From: a virus
Virus record (IMG/VR): IMGVR_UViG_3300046690_000279
Location: 1-64,000 of that record
Reading direction: 5' to 3' (one strand)
Length of the DNA: 64,000 bases
In this document: positions 53,697 through 63,542 of the stretch, piece by piece
How positions within the stretch are numbered: position 1 is the stretch's first letter
How the letters are laid out: every line of letters begins with the position of its first letter
The notes under the pieces: generated by a model
The model's database searches: none
What the model was told of the DNA's origin: nothing
Seen by the model: the letters and a program-made list of their open reading frames with translations, nothing else
Made by a program: the position numbers and the translations under genes

Positions 53697-56600
53697 ATGG
53701 GTGCTCTGCCTCCCGTATTTATTGAGTTTCTAGGTCGCTCTACTGGCTTTATGACCACGGCCAGGGGTGTCAAGACCGAGCTAGCCACCGTGGAACGCCA
53801 GGGCGGCAAGAGCATGGCCAAACTGGGCGCCGTGTCCAAGGCTGCGCTGCTTGGTGTTGGTGTTGCTGCTGCTGTCGCTGCGGTGAAAACCGCCCACATG
53901 GCCGCTGATTTTCAGACTCAGATGACCCGCGTGCGCACTGGTGCTGGCGAGTCGGCGCAGAATATGAAACTCGTCGGTGATGGCGTGCTGTCGATGGCGG
54001 GCAAGGTTGGTGAGTCGACTAAGGATCTCACCGCAGGCTTGTACATGGTCGAATCAGCGGGTTTCCACGGCCAGAAAGCCCTTGACGTGCTTCGCATAAG
54101 TGCGCAGGGTGCCAAGGTTGGTGCCGCTGACCTGGCCACGGTGACTGACGCTGTGACCACGGCAATGAACGCCTACAACCTGCAATCCTCCAATGTGGCC
54201 ACCAACACTCAGAACACGACCGACGTGATGAACGCGCTGGTTGGTACTGAGGCCGAGGGTAAAACCAACCTTGAAGCGCTCGCGGGCTCTATGTCCGGCA
54301 TTCTCCCTGTGGCCGCTGCTGCGCACGTGAAGCTAAACGAAGTGCTCGGGGCCATGGCCACGATGACGTCACAGGGTACGGATGCGCGCGTTTCGGCAAC
54401 CTATCTGCGGCAGACGATCGGGCAGTTGTCCAACCCCTCGGCCAAGGCAGCGACCACCATGAAGGGGCTGGGGCTTAACGCCAACGCCGTTTCTAAGGAG
54501 CTGGGCTCGAAGGGTCTCGCGGCGACGCTGAACACCCTTACGGATGCCATCAAGAACAAGATGGGCCCCGGCGGGGACGTCTTCATTAAGACGCTGGAAA
54601 AGGCATCGAAGAGCAGCAAGGACTTTGAAGGCGCGCTCAACAAGGCCAGCGGCTCGAAGAAGACGTATATCGGCGCGCTGTCCACCATGGTCGGCGGTAC
54701 TAAATCCATGATGGGCGCCCTGATGCTTACGGGCCAGCACATGGACACGTTCAAAAAGAACGTGGACGGCATCGGTAAACACGTCAAGGACGGCGGCAAG
54801 AACATTGAGGGCTGGTCGGACGTTCAGAAGACGTTCAATCAGCGCATGGCCGAATTCAAGGGCACCGCTGAGGCCATCGGCATCAAAATAGGCCAGTCCC
54901 TTCTTCCGGCGTTCACGCAGTTTGTCGGGGCCCTGGTCGACGGCGTGGGGTGGCTGACAAAGCACAAAGACGTACTCATTGCGGTGGGTGGCGCCATTGG
55001 CGGTGTGCTGACCTACGGGCTTTACGCGGCGGCAGGTGCAGCGTGGACGTTTACAGCGGCGATGCTCGCCAACCCTGTCACGTACATCGTTCTCGGCGTG
55101 ATGGCGCTGGGCGCGGCGATTGCGCTCCTGTTCACGCACTGGAAGTCAGTTTCAGCGTGGCTATCCGGCGCCTGGCACACGGTCGTGCAGGGGCTCGGGG
55201 ATGCCTGGCATTGGCTAGAGAACAAGACGCTGAGTGTATGGCACTCCATTGAGGGCGGCCTAAAGACAGCGTGGCACTCCGTGGCCAACTTCTTTTCCTC
55301 GGCCTGGCACACGGTCACTGACCCGATCGTCAAGGCTTGGAACTGGGTAGCTAACGCCACATCAACAGTGTGGAACGCCATCGCCGGGTTCTTCAAAAAG
55401 TGGTGGCCCCTACTGCTGCTCATTTTCGCGCCCTGGCTAGTCGGGCTTATATACCTGTGGAATCACTTCCACACGACGGTATGGAACAAGGTCAAGTCGG
55501 TCTGGTCCACTGTCTCTGGCTTCCTGGTCGGCACATGGCACGGCATAAAGTCTGTGGCAAAGTCGGTTTGGTCATCCGTCCAGCGGAACATTGTCGACCC
55601 GATCATGGGCGTCTGGCACAAGCTAGTCAGCATTTGGGACAGCGTATCGAGCTACCTGAGTGGCAAGTGGTCTGACCTAAAGGCCGTAGCGCTGATCACG
55701 TGGCTTGAGATCAAAAAGTCAATGATTGACCCGATCACGGGCGCCTGGCACACCATCACCAAAACGATGGGCGATATCAAGGACGCGATATCCAAGAAAT
55801 TGGATGATGCGTGGACCGCTGTAAAGAACATCGGCACCAAGTTTGCGACCATCGGTAAGGCAGTCGTTGACGGCATCGTTACCGGCATCACAAACGCGGC
55901 CAGCGGACTAATGGACAAGGTTGGGGGTCTGGCTAACGACGCACTTGCCGCTGCTAAGCACGCGATCGGCATCAAGAGCCCCTCTCGCGCGTTCCGGGAC
56001 CAGGTGGGTAAGTGGATACCGCTCGGCATCGCCGAAGGCGTCAGGGCGCACGCCAGCCACGCTCACGACTCCGTCCGGGAAACCGCTACGGGCATGGTGA
56101 GCACTTTCTCTAACGCGCTGGGCATCGCCTCCCCCAGCAAGGTGTTTCGGCAGCTTGGCATCTGGGTCCATCAGGGACTAGTCGACGGGCTAACCGGCTC
56201 GCTGTCGCAGGTGAAGAGCGCGATTAAGAAGACTGAGACTGAGCTGATACAGGCTCGGAATCGGCTCGCTGACATGCTCGGCACGAAGGCTGGCAAGGGG
56301 CACTCTGGCTACATCAAGTCGCACATGGCTGCAATCTCGCACCTTGAGTCGTACGTCAAGCAAGAGGGCGTGCAGCTAGAGAAGCTCGCTAAGCAGCGTG
56401 ACAACGTCGCAAAGCGGCTGAAGGCAGCGCAGTCCCACCTGAAGGATCTTCAGAAGTCTTGGGCATCTGAACGGGACAGCATCGCCAGCGGCATCATGCA
56501 GGGCGCTTCTGTGGTCATGCAGTCGCAGGCGGACGGTGTCGCCGTTACCGCTGGTGACGTGCTGGCGAACATGCAGAGTCAGGTGCAGGCTGCGACGCAG

Positions 56601-57248
56601 TTCGCGAATGAGCTGACGGCGCTTAAGAAGCGTGGGCTATCGTCCGCGCTGATTGAGCAGATTGCATCGGCGGGTGTCGACCAGGGGGGCGCTACCGCGC
56701 AAGCCTTGATGGGCGCCAACAGCGATCAGCTTAAGCAACTCAACGCCATGCAGACGCAGCTAACCGGTTCGGCGAAGTCCACTGGCGCGGTTGTCGCTGA
56801 CAGCATGTACGGGACTGGCATCGACGCTGCGAAGGGACTGGTTAAGGGGCTGCAAAGCCAGGAAAAGGCCATCGACAAGCAGATGTTGAAAATTGCGAAG
56901 TCGATGGAGACCGCTATTAAGCGCGCGCTGGGCATTAAGTCGCCCTCGCGCCTGTTCCATCAGATCGGCCAGTTCATTACGGCTGGCCTGGTCGGCGGAA
57001 TCGACAGCGGAAACCGGGACGTTCAGAGCGCTGCGGCGCGCATGTCTGACGCTGTGATCCGGGGAACTGACGCCCCCACGCTGAGTGGTTCGGCGATCGG
57101 CTCGACTGCTGCGGGTGTGGTCCACATGGTTCACATTGAGGTGCACGGCTCTGTGCGCACGGACCAGGACCTACGGGACGTCATCCAGCGGGAAATGTAT
57201 CGCTTCGGCGGGCGCAACTCCCGCACGTGGCAGGAAGCAAAGCGCTAG
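53697..57248 (+). CDS. Tape measure protein (copy B)
   Basis: 1183 aa, same length as in copy A. Confidence 0.95.
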   Translation: MGALPPVFIEFLGRSTGFMTTARGVKTELATVERQGGKSMAKLGAVSKAALLGVGVAAAVAAVKTAHMAADFQTQMTRVRTGAGESAQNMKLVGDGVLSMAGKVGESTKDLTAGLYMVESAGFHGQKALDVLRISAQGAKVGAADLATVTDAVTTAMNAYNLQSSNVATNTQNTTDVMNALVGTEAEGKTNLEALAGSMSGILPVAAAAHVKLNEVLGAMATMTSQGTDARVSATYLRQTIGQLSNPSAKAATTMKGLGLNANAVSKELGSKGLAATLNTLTDAIKNKMGPGGDVFIKTLEKASKSSKDFEGALNKASGSKKTYIGALSTMVGGTKSMMGALMLTGQHMDTFKKNVDGIGKHVKDGGKNIEGWSDVQKTFNQRMAEFKGTAEAIGIKIGQSLLPAFTQFVGALVDGVGWLTKHKDVLIAVGGAIGGVLTYGLYAAAGAAWTFTAAMLANPVTYIVLGVMALGAAIALLFTHWKSVSAWLSGAWHTVVQGLGDAWHWLENKTLSVWHSIEGGLKTAWHSVANFFSSAWHTVTDPIVKAWNWVANATSTVWNAIAGFFKKWWPLLLLIFAPWLVGLIYLWNHFHTTVWNKVKSVWSTVSGFLVGTWHGIKSVAKSVWSSVQRNIVDPIMGVWHKLVSIWDSVSSYLSGKWSDLKAVALITWLEIKKSMIDPITGAWHTITKTMGDIKDAISKKLDDAWTAVKNIGTKFATIGKAVVDGIVTGITNAASGLMDKVGGLANDALAAAKHAIGIKSPSRAFRDQVGKWIPLGIAEGVRAHASHAHDSVRETATGMVSTFSNALGIASPSKVFRQLGIWVHQGLVDGLTGSLSQVKSAIKKTETELIQARNRLADMLGTKAGKGHSGYIKSHMAAISHLESYVKQEGVQLEKLAKQRDNVAKRLKAAQSHLKDLQKSWASERDSIASGIMQGASVVMQSQADGVAVTAGDVLANMQSQVQAATQFANELTALKKRGLSSALIEQIASAGVDQGGATAQALMGANSDQLKQLNAMQTQLTGSAKSTGAVVADSMYGTGIDAAKGLVKGLQSQEKAIDKQMLKIAKSMETAIKRALGIKSPSRLFHQIGQFITAGLVGGIDSGNRDVQSAAARMSDAVIRGTDAPTLSGSAIGSTAAGVVHMVHIEVHGSVRTDQDLRDVIQREMYRFGGRNSRTWQEAKR

Positions 57249-57258
57249 CACTGGGGAG

Positions 57259-57280
57259 CACATACGGATATCCGTATGTG
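57259..57280. promoter_or_regulatory. 22-bp operator with extended arms
   Basis: Perfect palindrome. Confidence 0.8.
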
Positions 57281-57303
57281 CTCCCCTCTTCGGAGGGTTA
57301 CCA

Positions 57304-60126
57304 ATGGCACTGAATCCCAACTACCCCGTGATTGAGGAAATTTGGGGCCCATCGTGGAACGCTGCGGGTGCCTCGCTGCCCTCGGCCAGACTGGTGAACC
57401 TTGTTGACCGGACACTGTCGCAGGCCAGCGCTCGGCGCGGTAAGCAGTATGAGCTAGATCAGATCAACGCTGGCGAATACAGCGTCACGCTGGGCTCGCA
57501 GGATGGCGTGCTGGACCCGACGAACACCAGCGGCCCCTACGGCGGGAAGATCCTGCCCCTACAGCCTTACCGGCGCCGTGCCCAGTGGCCACCTACGGCC
57601 AACCTCCTAGACGCGCCTATCGCGACCGGGGGCGAGGGTTTCACCGCTGGGTCGTTTCCCGCGTCTTTCAACCTGACGGTGCCCAGCGGAGGCGTTACGG
57701 GCTCGGTCGCTGTGCTCGGCGCTGGTAACGCATGGCAGGGGGCGAACGTCTTCAGTTTCGCCATCGCCAATGGCACAACGGTTAACTCTGGAATCGTGCG
57801 CACGGACACCGTGGCCATTCGCCCCGGTAAGCAGTTCACGTTCTCGGTCTACCTCGCGAACACTACGGCCAGCACATCGACTAACGTTATTGCCTACGTT
57901 TCGTTCCTGAACGCTGATGGCTCGAACACTTTCGGCTCGGGCTCCAATGTCACCCTTGTTGGTGCCTCTGGTACCCCTGCGTGGCAGCGTCTCAGCGTCA
58001 CGGTGACTGCCCCGACTACCGGATCTGTCTACGGCCTGCGTGTTGGCTTGAACGTGGGTGCGACGACTACAGCGGCAAGCACGATCGTTGCAGATGGCTT
58101 CCAGGGTGAGTGGGGCGCTGCCGCAACTACCTGGGTTTCCCCGGGCACTTGGTACCCGATCTTCAGCGGTTTCACGGAGCGCTGGCCGACCACTTGGGCC
58201 GAGGGCGGCACGTACGGGCAGGTGTCCCCCACCGCCGTTGACTCCTTCGCGCTGCTGTCACAGGTGCAGTTGAAGGAAGTGTTTACGGAGGAAATCGACT
58301 CGCACTCCCCGCGATTCAGTTACACCCTCGGCGATGCCGCTGGGGCTACCTCCTTTGCAGACGACACGGGCAACATGCCTGCGGCGCCACTGGTGAACAC
58401 CAAGACAGGTTCGGGCAACTGGACTTCCGGCAACGCCGTTACGGCCGCGAACCTACCGTCGGGCACGTTTACCGGCAGCACGGGGACAGTCGTCACCTCC
58501 GCGCCGCTGACGCCTGGGGTTAACGGTGCACCCAACCCTGCAACGATGCTGGCACTCAGCGACGCAGGCGTTAAGGGCCCCGGTAGCGCAAGCTGGACGC
58601 GAATGATTGCGTTCCGCTACACCGCTGGAAGCAACCCGACCGACCTTGCATATCTCTGGAATTCGTCGACCACGTCAACGCCCGACATTCACGACGGACA
58701 CGTCACGGTGTATATCGAGTCGACCGGCCATCTGCGCATCAGCACGCAGGCCGTTGGGGTAATCACGGGCTCGCAGCCGTTCAATGACTCGCAGTCCGTG
58801 ACTGATGGGAATTGGCACCTGGCCGTGTTCGGCATCAGCGGGACGACCATGACGCTTTCGCTCGATGGCGTCACATCGTCGCAGACCATTTCTGCCTCGC
58901 AGACTCCGCCCCTGAACGCCATGTACGACCATATCGGCGCGCTGTACCAGCCCGGAACCAAGACTGCTACCTGCGTTTACAAGGGCGACATTGCGTTCGT
59001 CGCTGAGTTCCCGTCGCTGCTCTCGTCTGCGGACATGGGGCAGCTTTATAGCACGTGGCGCGCGAGCGCTTCGGGCGAGACCAGCGCGGCACGTTATGCG
59101 CGCATCCTGCGGTATTCCGGGTATACGGGCGCCAGCAACATCGGTACGGGCCTGACGACGTCTATGGGCCCCGCCAGTGACTTCAGCGGGTCCGATGTCA
59201 TGACGGCGCTGAACAACGTGGTGACCACCGAGAATGGCGAGCACTTCGTAACAGCGGATGGCACGGTGACATTCCGGGGCCGTGGCTACCGGTACAACGC
59301 TCTGACTCCGGTATGGACGTTCGGCGACGGCGCAGGCGAATTCCCGTACGAAGATCTACAACTCGACTTCGACAGTACGCACCTAAGCAACGTGGTGACG
59401 GTCACTCAGCAGAGCACCGGAACCAACCTCGTTGCGCAGGACAGCGCGAGCATCGCGAGCTACTACACGCGCACCATGACGCGCACGGTAAACACGGCCA
59501 GCGCGCTAGAGGCGCAGGATGCAGCCGACTACTTCGTGAGCCGTTACAAGGACCCGCTGACCCGCGTACAGAGCGTCAAACTGCACCCGTCGGCTGCACC
59601 CGCGCTGTGGCCCGTGTTGCTGGGCCTAGAGCTGGGCACCCGCGTGCGTATCAACCGGCGACCCCCGGGCGCTCCCCTGATCTCTGTCGACTGCTTTGTT
59701 GAACAGATCCAGTGGGACATGGACAGCGCGAACGAAGCGTTCGTGACGTTGCAGTGCAGCCCGGTCGACCCGCGCGTCTACGGCCAGTTCGGCGCGTTCT
59801 ACACGACGCTGAACAACTCGCCCTCGGCTGGCGCTACCTCGATCACTCTGAACGCTGGCGCGGACAACACCAACCCGCTCGCGGCGCAACTGCCAGTAGG
59901 CACTCAGCTAGTGGTGGGGCTCGGCACGGCCAACCAGGAAACGGTGACTCTGACGGCCGTCGGCGTGACCACTTCAGGGTGGACGACGTCCGCTTGTGGC
60001 GTTAGCGCGCTGGCTAAGTCTCACAGCGCCGGTGTGACCGTGTGCGAAGTGCTTCCCAGCGGTGTCAGCGATCCCGTGGCGTTCGATGCGCCGCAGAAAT
60101 TCGACCAGGTTGTTTACGCCTACTAG
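57304..60126 (+). CDS. Minor tail / tail-tip protein (copy B)
   Basis: Homologue of 17148..19976; CBM-like segment diverged. Confidence 0.8.
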   Translation: MALNPNYPVIEEIWGPSWNAAGASLPSARLVNLVDRTLSQASARRGKQYELDQINAGEYSVTLGSQDGVLDPTNTSGPYGGKILPLQPYRRRAQWPPTANLLDAPIATGGEGFTAGSFPASFNLTVPSGGVTGSVAVLGAGNAWQGANVFSFAIANGTTVNSGIVRTDTVAIRPGKQFTFSVYLANTTASTSTNVIAYVSFLNADGSNTFGSGSNVTLVGASGTPAWQRLSVTVTAPTTGSVYGLRVGLNVGATTTAASTIVADGFQGEWGAAATTWVSPGTWYPIFSGFTERWPTTWAEGGTYGQVSPTAVDSFALLSQVQLKEVFTEEIDSHSPRFSYTLGDAAGATSFADDTGNMPAAPLVNTKTGSGNWTSGNAVTAANLPSGTFTGSTGTVVTSAPLTPGVNGAPNPATMLALSDAGVKGPGSASWTRMIAFRYTAGSNPTDLAYLWNSSTTSTPDIHDGHVTVYIESTGHLRISTQAVGVITGSQPFNDSQSVTDGNWHLAVFGISGTTMTLSLDGVTSSQTISASQTPPLNAMYDHIGALYQPGTKTATCVYKGDIAFVAEFPSLLSSADMGQLYSTWRASASGETSAARYARILRYSGYTGASNIGTGLTTSMGPASDFSGSDVMTALNNVVTTENGEHFVTADGTVTFRGRGYRYNALTPVWTFGDGAGEFPYEDLQLDFDSTHLSNVVTVTQQSTGTNLVAQDSASIASYYTRTMTRTVNTASALEAQDAADYFVSRYKDPLTRVQSVKLHPSAAPALWPVLLGLELGTRVRINRRPPGAPLISVDCFVEQIQWDMDSANEAFVTLQCSPVDPRVYGQFGAFYTTLNNSPSAGATSITLNAGADNTNPLAAQLPVGTQLVVGLGTANQETVTLTAVGVTTSGWTTSACGVSALAKSHSAGVTVCEVLPSGVSDPVAFDAPQKFDQVVYAY

Positions 60127-60134
60127 GAGCGACA

Positions 60135-60680
60135 TTGCCTCTCGTCCCACCCGTGCCGTTTACGGCGACTACGGGCAACTTTCTGACGTCCGCAGTGTGG
60201 AACACGCAGGTTCGCGACGCTTCCGCATTCTTCGCTGGCGTGCCTACATTCATCGGCTATCAGACCGTGGCGCAGTCCGTTCCCAACGGCAACGCGTGGA
60301 CCGTAATCACCATGGATTCCGAGCAGGTCGACAACTACGGCGGGCACTCCACCACAACCAACACATCCCGCTACACCGCACAGATACCCGGCACGTACGC
60401 CGTGTTCGGAAGCGTTGCGTGGCAGCAGAGCGCGACGGGTGACAGGCGAGTGCAGATAACCCTGAACGGCAACCCAGTTATCGGTTCCGCAAACTCTATG
60501 GACCCGACGCAGTCTGTGTTGATGGCGCAACAGGCGGTTGGGTTTGTGCCGATGGTTGCAGGCGATTACGTGGAAGTTCAGGGCTGTCACACATCATCCG
60601 CAGCGCTGAGCACAAACAACGGAAGCGGCGTTAGCGCCATGTTCACGTCTAGCCTTCGTGTTGTGTGGCTCAGCAGCTAA
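60135..60680 (+). CDS. Tail fibre / receptor-binding protein (copy B, strongly diverged)
   Basis: TTG start after AGGAG; shares GNFLTSA.WN and GHSTTTNTSR with 19992..20513. Confidence 0.65.
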   Translation: MPLVPPVPFTATTGNFLTSAVWNTQVRDASAFFAGVPTFIGYQTVAQSVPNGNAWTVITMDSEQVDNYGGHSTTTNTSRYTAQIPGTYAVFGSVAWQQSATGDRRVQITLNGNPVIGSANSMDPTQSVLMAQQAVGFVPMVAGDYVEVQGCHTSSAALSTNNGSGVSAMFTSSLRVVWLSS

Positions 60681-60695
60681 CCGAATAGAGGAAGC

Positions 60696-60944
60696 ATGCA
60701 GACCTACTCCAGCACCGACTACCAACTATTCGTCCAAACCGGCGGCGGGGACGTCGTCTTCAATATGGGCCTGTCGAGTAACCACGGAATGGACGACGAA
60801 ACATGCGCGGCCCTGGTGCAGACGCTCCGGGATTTCCCGTGGCCAACTGCCATGCAGCCGGTAGGCATTTCGGCCGGTAAGACGTCCAACACGGCCGACA
60901 ACTACACGTGCGCTGTTAACGCCACTCCCCCGACCTTCAGCTAA
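60696..60944 (+). CDS. Small tail-associated protein (copy B)
   Basis: Diverged homologue of 20522..20770. Confidence 0.65.
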   Translation: MQTYSSTDYQLFVQTGGGDVVFNMGLSSNHGMDDETCAALVQTLRDFPWPTAMQPVGISAGKTSNTADNYTCAVNATPPTFS

Positions 60945-60954
60945 GGAGCAACAC

Positions 60955-61641
60955 ATGGCAGTTCTAGGCGTAGATGTTTCCGGATATCAGGCGGTCGACT
61001 TCCCTACCAAGGGTCTGGCGTTCGCTTTCGTCAAGGCCACTGAGGGCACTGGCTACACCAACCCTCGTTACAGCGGGCAGGTGGCGCATGCGCGTTCCGC
61101 TGGCCTGGTCGTCGGTCACTACCATTTCGGCAAGAATGGCGGTGCCGCTGAGGCCGATTACTTCCTGAGCAAGGTGCAGCTACACACGGGCGATATTCTC
61201 GCGTTCGATTGGGAGACCAGCGGCGTAAGCCAGGCCGAGCGTGATGCGTTCGTGTCCCGCGTGAAGGCTAAGGCGCCCCATCACAAGGTGGTCCTGTACT
61301 GCAACACGGATTACTGGCACAACCGCGATGCCGACAACGGCGGGCCGATGGACGGGCTATGGATCGCGGACCCGAACCACCCCGCTGGCAAGCCTGGTAT
61401 CAAGGCGCCGTGGCGCTTCCATCAGTACTCGTGGGCGGGTGGCATCGACCGCAACGTTGCGAACTTCAAGGACGCTGCTGCGCTTCGCGCTTGGGCCAAT
61501 CCGCCTGCGGCGAAGCCTCCGGTAGTCACTAAGCCTGCGCCCGTTCCGGCGAAGCCTGCACCCGCCCCTGCGCCGACGCTGGAATACCGCGTAGCGGCTC
61601 TTGAGGCGTCCGTGAAGGCGCTACAGGCAAAGCTCAAGTAA
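60955..61641 (+). CDS. Endolysin GH25 (copy B)
   Basis: GH25 motifs. Confidence 0.93.
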   Translation: MAVLGVDVSGYQAVDFPTKGLAFAFVKATEGTGYTNPRYSGQVAHARSAGLVVGHYHFGKNGGAAEADYFLSKVQLHTGDILAFDWETSGVSQAERDAFVSRVKAKAPHHKVVLYCNTDYWHNRDADNGGPMDGLWIADPNHPAGKPGIKAPWRFHQYSWAGGIDRNVANFKDAAALRAWANPPAAKPPVVTKPAPVPAKPAPAPAPTLEYRVAALEASVKALQAKLK

Positions 61642-61649
61642 CCCATAGG

Positions 61650-61665
61650 CCGTTCACCCGATCCA
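61650..61665 (+). promoter_or_regulatory. Candidate copy-B promoter motif CCGTTCACCCGATCCA in the 5' arm of a hairpin
   Basis: Positional equivalent of 21475; similar to 41682. Confidence 0.45.
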
Positions 61666-61710
61666 CTCTCAGCGGAGGGGTGAACGGCCCCCACACAAGG
61701 GCATTCCCAC

Positions 61711-62019
61711 ATGATTGATGGAACGAGTATTGCCCCTGGTATGGCGTGGGTTATTGGGGCCATCGGCGCAAGCCTGGTGACCACTGGCCCCGCTTACTTG
61801 GCTGCACGTAAGTCCCGTGGCGCTGCACGTGAAGAAGGAGCGCTCACACGCGATGCAGTCGTGGGCGCTATCGGCGAGCTGAACGGGCGCCTCGATGGCC
61901 TCAGGGATGACCTGTCAGAGGTACGCGAGTGGCAGGCAGCACACACGACCGAGCACGCCATTTCGGCATTTCAGCGAACGGACCCACATCCGCGCCTTGA
62001 GCGCAGAAACACGGAGTGA
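61711..62019 (+). CDS. Lysis-cassette membrane protein (copy B)
   Basis: Homologue of 21542..21850. Confidence 0.7.
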   Translation: MIDGTSIAPGMAWVIGAIGASLVTTGPAYLAARKSRGAAREEGALTRDAVVGAIGELNGRLDGLRDDLSEVREWQAAHTTEHAISAFQRTDPHPRLERRNTE

Positions 62020-62024
62020 AACGA

Positions 62025-62363
62025 ATGGCCATTTCTGGCAAGGTAACGGCGTCCACGGTTGCGGCCACTGGCGCCACGATCGTTGCGGGCATCATCGCGC
62101 CGCATGTGTTCAGCCACAGCGTGCCCAGCGACGTGCGGGGGCTCATTGAGGGCGGCGTGACTGCCGTTGTCACCTTCGTGTCTGGCTATCTCGCGCGGCA
62201 CGGCATTTCTTACGAGAAGCTCGCCGCTGACACTGCTGCGGTGGCCGAGGATCTTGGGGTCCCGTACATGGCGCTGTCTGATGTCACTGCGGAGCCTGCG
62301 CCTTCGGCACCCGTGGTCGACGCTGCCCCGGCCATCACTGGCGAGGCTCAGCCGCTCGCGTAG
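62025..62363 (+). CDS. Putative holin (copy B)
   Basis: Homologue of 21856..22209. Confidence 0.7.
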   Translation: MAISGKVTASTVAATGATIVAGIIAPHVFSHSVPSDVRGLIEGGVTAVVTFVSGYLARHGISYEKLAADTAAVAEDLGVPYMALSDVTAEPAPSAPVVDAAPAITGEAQPLA

Positions 62364-62431
62364 TTCTACTGCCCCTCTTCCTGGCCAGCGCTGGGAAGGG
62401 GGGCGTTTCGTTAACCCACAGAGGAGAGACT

Positions 62432-62989
62432 GTGTACAACATTGCACTTATCGGTAAGGCCCGTTCCGGCAAGGACACTGCCGCTGGTTTCCTGGTGCGT
62501 GAGCGCGCTTATACCCGCGTGGCGTTCGCCGATCCGCTGAAAGAGATGGCGCTGAGCATTGACCCGTTGATACCCGCGCGGGAGCGACTCATCCACGTAC
62601 GCCTGTCAGCGCTCATCCGTGACGTTGGGTGGGAATACGCGAAGGATCACTACCCCGAAGTGCGCCGCATCTTGCAGAGCATCGGGCAGACGCAACGCGA
62701 ATTCGACGCCGATTACTGGGTAAACGTCGCAGCGCGGAAGATAGCGGGCGCAGAGGCTTGGAACCTGCCCGTGGTCGTGACCGATGTCCGTTACCTGAAC
62801 GAGGCCGTAATGTTGCGCGCCCGTGGTTTCAAAATGATTCGGATCATGCGGCCCCGGATTGGCGTGACCATGAAGGAGGCTCGCGCTGCGATGCACGCCA
62901 GCGAAAACGAGCTGAACGACTACCCGACAGACGCAGTCATCTACAACGATGGCGACCTAGACCAGCTTCGCAACGCGATTCTTGGCTAG
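62432..62989 (+). CDS. dNMP kinase (copy B)
   Basis: P-loop GKARSGKDT. Confidence 0.92.
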   Translation: MYNIALIGKARSGKDTAAGFLVRERAYTRVAFADPLKEMALSIDPLIPARERLIHVRLSALIRDVGWEYAKDHYPEVRRILQSIGQTQREFDADYWVNVAARKIAGAEAWNLPVVVTDVRYLNEAVMLRARGFKMIRIMRPRIGVTMKEARAAMHASENELNDYPTDAVIYNDGDLDQLRNAILG

Positions 62990-62994
62990 ACCTG

Positions 62995-63034
62995 AGCCCC
63001 TGGCTTGCGCTTCCCGCGCAGGTCGGGGGCTTTT
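62995..63034 (+). terminator. Intrinsic terminator
   Basis: Identical to 22834..22873. Confidence 0.75.
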
Positions 63035-63046
63035 CTGCGTCCGGGG

Positions 63047-63100
63047 CACATACGGATATCCGTAGGTGGGTTGCGCCAGCCGTGCCGCAGCGCTTTACTG
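63047..63100 (+). promoter_or_regulatory. Operator (63047-63068) plus candidate promoter (TTGCGC -35, weak -10)
   Basis: Same geometry as 36391. Confidence 0.65.
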
Positions 63101-63128
63101 GCACTCCGCACAACGAAGGGACGAAACG

Positions 63129-63401
63129 ATGACCAGACAGCGACCGATCGAACACACCCCCAAGACACGCCAGCCGCGCATGCTCAAGGTGGGAGACCGG
63201 GTCGTGCACAAGACAGATCTTGCCGACGCTGGCACGGTCGTTGAGCTTGTGGACCACACGGGATACGGGCCGGGCTACGGGCAGGGGAACGCCGGTGGCC
63301 CCGGGGCACGGCGCACGGTCACGAACTACCGCGTTCGCTGGGATGCCTCTGGCGAGGTGCCAGCGTCCAAGTACTTCCGTTCGGAACTGAAAGCAATCTA
63401 A
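63129..63401 (+). CDS. Extra cassette gene, copy B only (SH3-like LKVGDRV protein)
   Basis: Own operator, promoter, CAACGAAGGG leader and terminator. Confidence 0.65.
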   Translation: MTRQRPIEHTPKTRQPRMLKVGDRVVHKTDLADAGTVVELVDHTGYGPGYGQGNAGGPGARRTVTNYRVRWDASGEVPASKYFRSELKAI

Positions 63402-63403
63402 GC

Positions 63404-63440
63404 GAAACCCCCTGGTCACTCCGGTGGCTGGGGGGTTTCT
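63404..63440 (+). terminator. Intrinsic terminator
   Basis: GAAACCCCCTGGTCAC/GTGGCTGGGGGGTTTC. Confidence 0.75.
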
Positions 63441-63450
63441 GCGCGCCGAG

Positions 63451-63504
63451 CACCTACGGATATCCGTATGTGGTTTGACAGCGCCGAGCGCCAGCCGCTA
63501 GGTT
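63451..63504 (+). promoter_or_regulatory. Operator plus promoter TTGACA-N18-TAGGTT of the repressor (copy B)
   Basis: Equivalent to 22886..22939. Confidence 0.8.
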
Positions 63505-63542
63505 CATCCATGTAAGTCGAAAACAACGAAGGGGCAGACACC

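Noticed and set aside
57085-57303. Upstream-extended ORF-track starts (57085, 43768, 43292, 39415, 10587, 12289, 2227 and others)
   Set aside because: Comparison between copies and SD positions support the later starts used in the feature list
2269-63472. 22-bp palindromic repeats as a CRISPR array
   Set aside because: Copies are scattered 0.4-7.5 kb apart between genes, with no regular spacers and no cas genes; the Cas4-like nuclease at 24924 is a normal phage exonuclease
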